Below are positions 7,793 through 13,437 of a stretch of 13,437 nucleotides of DNA, piece by piece. Each line of letters opens with the position of its first letter. Positions within the stretch are counted from its first letter, which is position 1. Source of the stretch: Candidatus Zixiibacteriota bacterium (GTDB taxonomy: Bacteria > Zixibacteria > MSB-5A5 > GN15 > FEB-12). The position numbers were made by a program, and so were the translations under genes. The notes beneath the pieces were generated by a model. It made no database searches, was not told the origin of the DNA, and saw nothing but the letters and a program-made list of their open reading frames with translations. The DNA is taken from positions 1-13,437 of the forward strand of contig JBGSIV010000154.1 of NCBI GenBank assembly GCA_041742355.1, read 5' to 3'.

Positions 7793-10402
7793 ATGAAACG
7801 CTTGCATTACGTTCTGGCACTTTTCGTGCTGATGTTTGTCGTCGGCTCCCTCGTGCCGGCGACCACGTCAGCGCAGTCGTGCTGCGTCCTGCGCGGGGAC
7901 GTGAACGACGACAACAAGGTGATCGTCAGCGACCTCACCTTCCTGGTCAACTTCCTGTTCAAGGGGGGCGTGGCTCCCACGTGCCTTGAGCACGGCGATC
8001 TGAACGACGACAGCAAAGTCATTGTGAGCGACCTGACCTACCTCGTGAACTTCCTGTTCAAGAGCGGGGTCGCGCCGGTCGACTGCCCGGCCCAGCCGAA
8101 TGTGGTTTTCGTTGACGAGTACGGCAACACGGTTTCCTATGAAGCCTTCGGCGGTTCCAAACTGGATGCGGTCCAAGTTGACCTCGACTCCATGTATGCC
8201 GGCACTGCTGGTCTGGTCATCACCGTACCGGATGTCGGTGATCCTTCCGGCTCCTACGCCGGCGGCGCCTTTACGGCCGACGCACGCGACCTGACGGAGT
8301 TTAATGCCCTGACCTTCTGGGCCAAGGCCAGCCGGGCGGCGACGCTCGATGTCGCCGGTATCGGTAACGATAACACCGGCCTGTCGCAGTACACCGCACA
8401 GGTGGGTGGTCTTGCTTTGACCACCTCGTGGCAGAAATACGTTATCCCGTTCCCGCTCGCCGAGAAGCTCAGCGCCGAAGCGGGTCTCTTCTTCTTCGCG
8501 GAAGGCCCCGAGGGCGGCGTGGGCTGCCAGATCTGGATCGACGAGATCATTTTCGAAGACCTGGCCACTATCACCAATCCGCGGCCCGCACTGCCCGTCC
8601 AGACGGTCGAGGCGGAGAGCGGCAACACGTTCACGGTCAACAACGGTTCGGTGATCTTTGACATCGACGGCACCGACATGACGGTCAGCGCCATGCCGCG
8701 CTATTTCACGTTCACGTCTTCGAATCCCTCGATCGTTTCGGTGGGTCTCGACGGCACTCTCACTGCAGGCAACGCCGGGACGGCGACACTGACCGCCAAG
8801 CTAGGCCTGGTGGATGCCACCGGCAGTATCACTGTCAACGTGAGCGGCCCGCAGCCCGTGCCGGCTGGTCCGGCGCCGACGCCGACCCCGGATCCTGCCG
8901 ATGTCGTATCGCTCTTCAGCGACGCCTACACCAATGTCACGGTTGACACCTGGTCGGCCGGCTGGGACATGGCCGATGTTGAGGACTACCTGATCGGCGC
9001 GGACAACGTGAAGAAGTATACGAACCTGGTCTATGCCGGTATCGAGTTTACCAGCAGCCCGGTTGATGCTTCGGCGATGACGCACTTCCACATGGACGTT
9101 TGGACGCCCGATGCGACCGGCGCGCCGGCCGTGTTCAAAATCAAGCTGGTCGATTTCGGCGCCGACGGGATGTACGGCGGCGGCGACGATGTCGAGCACG
9201 AACTGACGTTCGACGAGGCCACGATGAATACCGGCGAGTGGGTGTCGATCGACGTGCCCTTGGCCGCGTTCACCAACCTCGTCACGACGGGCCACCTGGC
9301 CCAGATGATCATTTCGGGTGATCCGAACACCCTGTATGTCGACAACGTCTACTGCTATGATTCGGGCATTCCGACGGCGCCGCTCGTTCCGGCCGCGACT
9401 CCGACGCCGGATGCGGCGTATGTCGTGTCGCTGTACAGCGATGCGTATGTCAGCGGGACGGTCGACACCTGGTCGGCGGTCTGGGATCAGGCCGATGTCG
9501 AAGATTACCTGATAGGCTCGGACAACACCAAGAAGTATAGCAACCTGATTTTCGCCGGGATCGAGTTCACCTCCAGCCCGCTCGATGCCTCGGCCATGAC
9601 CCGTTTCCACATGGATGTCTGGACCGCGCAGTCGACCGACGCTCCGAAGATCTTCAAGATCAAGCTGGTTGATTTCGGCGTCGACGGTGTGTACGGCGGC
9701 GGCGACGATGTCGAGCACGAACTGACGTTCGACGAAAACACGATGAACACCGGCTCCTGGACCGGTATCGATGTGCCGCTGACCGATTTCACCAACCTGA
9801 CTACGACCGGTCACCTGGCCCAGATGATCATCTCCGGTGATCTGTCCACGTTCTGGGTCGACAACATCTATTTCTACACCGAGCCTCCGACCGAACCGGT
9901 CGGCCCGGCGCCGACGCCCGCTCTCGCTGCGGTCGATGTGGTATCGCTGTACAGTGATGCCTACACGAGCGCCACGGTTGACACGTGGTCGGCCGGCTGG
10001 GACATGGCCGATGTTGAGGATGTCGTGATCGGCTCCGACAACGCAAAGAAGTACACCAATCTGACCTTCGCCGGCATCGAGTTCACGTCCGTAACGGTCG
10101 ATGCTTCGGCGATGACGCACTTCCACATGGACCTTTGGACGCCCGATGCGACCAGCGCGCCGGCCGTGTTCAAAGTGAAGCTGGTCGATTTCGGCGCCAA
10201 CGGCGTTTGGGATGGTGGCGGTGACGACGTCGAGCACGAGCTGACGTTTGACGAAAACACGATGAACACGGGCGAGTGGGTAAGCATTGAGATTCCGATC
10301 TCGGACTTCACCGGACTGATCACCCGTGGCCATCTCGCCCAGATGATCATTTCGGGTGACCCGAACACCGTGTGGGTTGATAACATCTATTTCCACAAGT
10401 AA
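7793..10402 (+). CDS. Secreted glycan-binding protein: dockerin-like domain + CBM-like domain + Ig-like (Big_2) + 3 CBM-like repeats (paralog of 5182..7617)
   Basis: Sec signal MKRLHYVLALFVLMFVVGSLVPATTSA. Dockerin-like duplicated EF-hand segments GDVNDDNKVIVSDLTFLVNFLF / GDLNDDSKVIVSDLTYLVNFLF (7880-8086). The remainder is collinear with the upstream lipoprotein. Confidence 0.87.
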   Translation: MKRLHYVLALFVLMFVVGSLVPATTSAQSCCVLRGDVNDDNKVIVSDLTFLVNFLFKGGVAPTCLEHGDLNDDSKVIVSDLTYLVNFLFKSGVAPVDCPAQPNVVFVDEYGNTVSYEAFGGSKLDAVQVDLDSMYAGTAGLVITVPDVGDPSGSYAGGAFTADARDLTEFNALTFWAKASRAATLDVAGIGNDNTGLSQYTAQVGGLALTTSWQKYVIPFPLAEKLSAEAGLFFFAEGPEGGVGCQIWIDEIIFEDLATITNPRPALPVQTVEAESGNTFTVNNGSVIFDIDGTDMTVSAMPRYFTFTSSNPSIVSVGLDGTLTAGNAGTATLTAKLGLVDATGSITVNVSGPQPVPAGPAPTPTPDPADVVSLFSDAYTNVTVDTWSAGWDMADVEDYLIGADNVKKYTNLVYAGIEFTSSPVDASAMTHFHMDVWTPDATGAPAVFKIKLVDFGADGMYGGGDDVEHELTFDEATMNTGEWVSIDVPLAAFTNLVTTGHLAQMIISGDPNTLYVDNVYCYDSGIPTAPLVPAATPTPDAAYVVSLYSDAYVSGTVDTWSAVWDQADVEDYLIGSDNTKKYSNLIFAGIEFTSSPLDASAMTRFHMDVWTAQSTDAPKIFKIKLVDFGVDGVYGGGDDVEHELTFDENTMNTGSWTGIDVPLTDFTNLTTTGHLAQMIISGDLSTFWVDNIYFYTEPPTEPVGPAPTPALAAVDVVSLYSDAYTSATVDTWSAGWDMADVEDVVIGSDNAKKYTNLTFAGIEFTSVTVDASAMTHFHMDLWTPDATSAPAVFKVKLVDFGANGVWDGGGDDVEHELTFDENTMNTGEWVSIEIPISDFTGLITRGHLAQMIISGDPNTVWVDNIYFHK

Positions 10403-10460
10403 TCTTGGGAGATAGTAATACAGGCCTCCGCCTGTGACTTAATCAGATCTCGGTACTGGC

Positions 10461-10490
10461 ACGGGCCACTCCTGAACCGGGGTGGCCCGT
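10461..10490 (+). other. Intercistronic stem-loop (weak terminator or mRNA-stabilising hairpin)
   Basis: ACGGGCCACTCC-tgaacc-GGGGTGGCCCGT: 12-bp stem with one G-U pair and no strong U-tract. Confidence 0.5.
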
Positions 10491-10526
10491 TGTCGATGTG
10501 CAAACGGATCCCAGCCGGAGGGGACC

Positions 10527-12599
10527 ATGACGCCGGAGCGGTCGCACCTCGAAGGGTGGACCCCGGTAGTTCCACCGGCTCAGAGCACCGGGTCAACTGC
10601 AAAGGAAACGGTACTGATTGTGGCTCTTCCAAATTTCAAATCCGTGATCCACCTGTTTCTCATCTGTGTCGCGCTGACGGCCGCTGTCGTACCGGTGCTC
10701 GCCACATCGAACGAGGACATGGTTCTTGTCTGGAGCGACGAATTCGGCGGTTCGGCCGGCCAGTCGCCCGATGCCTCCAAGTGGGATTATGATATAGGGA
10801 CCGATTGGGGAAACGCCCAACTCGAATACGATACGGATCGCCCGACAAACGTATCGCTTGATGGCAACGGTTATCTGGCGATCGTCGCCCGCGAAGAGTG
10901 GTACGCGGGTCAGTCCTACACGTCGGCCCGAATTGTCACGCGCAATCTCTACGAGCCGACCTACGGCCGAATTGAAGCACGCATCAAGCTCCCCACCGGG
11001 CAGGGGATCTGGCCGGCCTTCTGGTTGCTCGGCAATGACATTGGTTCGGTCGGCTGGCCGCAGTGCGGCGAAATAGATATCATGGAGTACCGCGGGCAGG
11101 AGCCGAATATCGCTTACGGCACCCTTCATGGCCCCGGCTATTCGGGCGGTGGGGGGATCGGTTCGGCCTACGTTCTCTACAACGACCGGTTCGACACCGC
11201 CTTTCACACCTTTTCCGTGGAATGGGAAGAGAACGTGATCCGGTGGTACATAGACGGCGTACTGTACCACAGCGTTGGACCGGATGACCTCGGCGGCGCC
11301 GAATGGGTGTTCGATCACCCGTTTTACATTATCCTCAATGTCGCCGTGGGTGGTACGTTTGTCGGTTCGCCCGATGGTTCGACTGTATTTCCCCAGACAA
11401 TGCTCGTCGATTATGTCAGGGTGTATCAACGCTCGTCGCTGTCGTGCTGCGAACTCCGGGGTGACCTCGATTTGTCCGGTTCAGTGAATGTGGCCGACCT
11501 GACCTACCTGATTGCCCATCTTTTCAAAGGCGGCTCCGCATCGCTCTGCGGCGGCAACGGCGATGTCGATGGATCCGGGTCGGTCAACGTGTCCGATTTG
11601 ACGTACCTGGTGGCGCGGCTCTTCAAGGGCGGCCCGCTGCCTCCCGTTTGTCCGGTATCGCAGTACGTGCCGACAAGCCCTGCGCCGACACCCACCGTCG
11701 ACCCGAGTGACGTGATTTCACTCTTCAGCGATGCTTATAGTGACGTTGCCGTTGACACCTGGTCGGCTTCATGGGATATGGCCAACGTGCAGAATTATAT
11801 GATCGGCTCAGACTACGTGAAGAAATACACTCAGCTCGTCTACGCCGGTATTGAGTTTGCGAACAACCCGATCGACGCCACCGCGATGACGCAATTCCAT
11901 ATTGACGTTTGGACGCCGGACCCGACCGACGCCCCATCGACCTTCAGGATTAAGCTGGTCGACTTCGGCGCCAACGGAGTTTGGGACGGTGGCGGCGATG
12001 ATGTCGAGCACGAAATCACGCTGGATGAGAGCACGATGAACACGGGAAGCTGGGTGAGCCTCGACATACCTCTGTCCAGCTTTACCGGCCTGACAACCCG
12101 TGGGCATCTGGCTCAGTTGATTCTTTCCGGGGATCCGGACACGGTCTATGTCGATAACATCTACCTATATAGCTCTGGACTGCCCACCGCGCCGTGGGAC
12201 ATGGCTGATGTCGCCGATTACGCCATCGGTTCCGATCACACGAAGAAATACACGAACCTCGTCTTCGCCGGGATTGAATTTGCCAGCGCCACCATAGACG
12301 CGTCGATCATGACACATTTCCATATCGATGTCTGGACGCCGGATCCCACCGTTTCGCCATCGGTATTCAAGATCAAGCTCGTGGATTTTGGGGCGAACGG
12401 CGTATGGAACGGCGGCGGCGACGATGTCGAGCATGAGATTGTGCTCGATGGAAGCACCATGAATACGGCAACCTGGGTCAGTATCGATCTTCCGCTCACG
12501 GCGTTCACCGGCCTGATCACCCGGGGGCACGTGGCTCAATTGATTCTTTCCGGGGATCCAAACACTGTGTATGTTGACAACATCTATTTCCACCGGTAG
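10527..12599 (+). CDS. GH16 endo-beta-1,3-glucanase (laminarinase-like) + dockerin-like domain + 2 CBM-like repeats
   Basis: GH16 domain about 10725-11429: LVWSDEF, YTSARI, YGRIEARIKLP.GQGIWPAFWLLG, WPQCGEIDIME (catalytic E-x-D-x-x-E at 11070-11087), FYIILNVAVGG, MLVDYVRVYQ. Dockerin 11445-11651; CBM repeats from 11670. Start uncertain: ATG 10527 (GGAGG at 10517-10521) or GTG 10620, which gives a canonical-length signal peptide. Confidence 0.9.
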   Translation: MTPERSHLEGWTPVVPPAQSTGSTAKETVLIVALPNFKSVIHLFLICVALTAAVVPVLATSNEDMVLVWSDEFGGSAGQSPDASKWDYDIGTDWGNAQLEYDTDRPTNVSLDGNGYLAIVAREEWYAGQSYTSARIVTRNLYEPTYGRIEARIKLPTGQGIWPAFWLLGNDIGSVGWPQCGEIDIMEYRGQEPNIAYGTLHGPGYSGGGGIGSAYVLYNDRFDTAFHTFSVEWEENVIRWYIDGVLYHSVGPDDLGGAEWVFDHPFYIILNVAVGGTFVGSPDGSTVFPQTMLVDYVRVYQRSSLSCCELRGDLDLSGSVNVADLTYLIAHLFKGGSASLCGGNGDVDGSGSVNVSDLTYLVARLFKGGPLPPVCPVSQYVPTSPAPTPTVDPSDVISLFSDAYSDVAVDTWSASWDMANVQNYMIGSDYVKKYTQLVYAGIEFANNPIDATAMTQFHIDVWTPDPTDAPSTFRIKLVDFGANGVWDGGGDDVEHEITLDESTMNTGSWVSLDIPLSSFTGLTTRGHLAQLILSGDPDTVYVDNIYLYSSGLPTAPWDMADVADYAIGSDHTKKYTNLVFAGIEFASATIDASIMTHFHIDVWTPDPTVSPSVFKIKLVDFGANGVWNGGGDDVEHEIVLDGSTMNTATWVSIDLPLTAFTGLITRGHVAQLILSGDPNTVYVDNIYFHR

Positions 12600-12622
12600 A
12601 GATTAATTGATGGGATGATCAT

Positions 12623-13437
12623 ATGAACGGCGGCGTACATAACAATCATATCGGACCGGTCGGGGCGGCGCAGGACATTCAGAAGCGTCGGCGCCCGTTA
12701 GCCGAATCGGTCCTGCGTCTTATCTGGCACGAGAAACAAACAACGCGTGCCGATATTGCTCGCTATACCGATTTGTCCCGGTCCACCGTATCCGAGATTA
12801 TCGATCTTCTGCTCAAGACCGGGCTGGTAACCGAGGCAGGCGCGGGCCAATCAAGCGGCGGACGCCGGCCCATCGTGCTGGAGTTTCAGGACCAGGCCCG
12901 GGTGATCCTTGGGGTGGATCTGGGCGCGACGCACGTATCGGTTGCCCTGACCGATCTGCGCGGGCGGGTGCTCGTGTGGAAGGAGCAGAAGCATCCGGTC
13001 CGTACTGACCCGGAAGGTACTCGAAGAGTCGTCTTCAAGCTGTGCGATGATTGCATGGCCGAGTGGGGCGGGGGCATCGACCGTCTCTTGCGGATCGGAA
13101 TGGCTGTCCCCAGCCCGGTTGACCCGGTTAACCCCAAGTGGCTTTCAGAGAGAGTCATCCCGGCCTGGCGCGGCGAGAGCGGTCTGGAGAAACTCGAGAA
13201 TCGCTTTGGCGTTCCGGTGCACCTGGACAACGATGCCAACCTCGGCGCCCTGGCCGAACACTGGTGGGGGGCCGGCCGAGGTGTGGACGACCTCATATAC
13301 ATCAAAATGTCACACGGTATCGGCGCCGGATACATTCTCAATGGCGATATCTACCGTGGCGCCGGCGGCGTGGCCGGTGAATTCGGGCACCTGCCGATCG
13401 ACCCGGCCGGCGAGAAATGCGTCTGCGGGCTGCGCGG
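12623..13437 (+). CDS. ROK family transcriptional regulator (XylR/NagC-like), 3'-truncated by window end
   Basis: Manual translation from ATG 12623: HTH 'VLRLIWHEKQTTRADIARYTDLSRSTVSEIIDLLLKTGLV', 'SSGGRRP', 'ILGVDLGATH', 'PVHLDNDANLGALAEHWWG', 'GIGAGYILNGDIYRGAGGVAGEFGHLPID..GEKCVCGLR'. No stop in the window, so it is absent from the ORF track. Confidence 0.95.
   Translation, partial: MNGGVHNNHIGPVGAAQDIQKRRRPLAESVLRLIWHEKQTTRADIARYTDLSRSTVSEIIDLLLKTGLVTEAGAGQSSGGRRPIVLEFQDQARVILGVDLGATHVSVALTDLRGRVLVWKEQKHPVRTDPEGTRRVVFKLCDDCMAEWGGGIDRLLRIGMAVPSPVDPVNPKWLSERVIPAWRGESGLEKLENRFGVPVHLDNDANLGALAEHWWGAGRGVDDLIYIKMSHGIGAGYILNGDIYRGAGGVAGEFGHLPIDPAGEKCVCGLR

Larger units (their letters stand above)
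6058..12596 (+). repeat. Eight copies of a ~170-aa CBM-like module spread over three genes
   Basis: Copies at about 6058-6570, 6583-7092, 7105-7614, 8855-9358, 9371-9877, 9884-10399, 11670-12170 and 12183-12596 (last copy internally deleted). Consensus PTxPAPTP..ADVxSLYSDAY..V.VDTWSA.WD.ADV..KKYTNL.FAGIEF...DAS.MTHFHMD.WTPD...FKIKLVDFGADG..GGGDDVEHE...MNTG.WVSID.PL..F..LTTRGHLAQ.I.SGDPNTVY.DNIYF. Confidence 0.92.

Noticed and set aside
8801..10396. 531-aa minus-strand ORF and similar antisense ORFs (4948-5880, 6025-6822, 7138-7674, 10593-11429, 12165-12593)
   Set aside because: They mirror the plus-strand genes and their repeats; explained by codon bias on the coding strand.
6058..12596. Repeats as a CRISPR array or a diversity-generating retroelement TR/VR pair
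   Set aside because: The repeats are ~510-bp in-frame protein domains with mostly synonymous differences; there is no spacer structure, no evident adenine-specific variation and no RT or cas gene in the window.
12886..13341. 151-aa minus-strand ORF and 13138-13380 plus-strand ORF
   Set aside because: Both overlap the ROK regulator, which has clear family motifs in another frame.

Overview
GC-rich bacterial window with all real genes on the + strand. Cys-bracketed dockerin-like domains and a YPNPFNP/FlgD-type C-terminal domain suggest an FCB-group lineage such as candidate division Zixibacteria (inference only). Unit 1 is the 3' end of a CHAT (caspase-like) protein followed by a large secreted S8 subtilase with eight tandem Ig/BACON-like repeats and a T9SS/FlgD-like C-terminal domain, closed by an intrinsic terminator. 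Unit 2 is a probable beta-1,3-glucan (laminarin-type) operon. A sigma70 promoter overlapped by a 25-bp ROK-type palindrome precedes a multi-CBM lipoprotein, a paralog with a dockerin instead of the lipid anchor, a GH16-dockerin-CBM enzyme, and a ROK repressor that is truncated by the window end and missing from the ORF track. The most novel-looking element is this dockerin-based, multivalent glucan capture/degradation set (8 copies of one ~170-aa CBM-like module).
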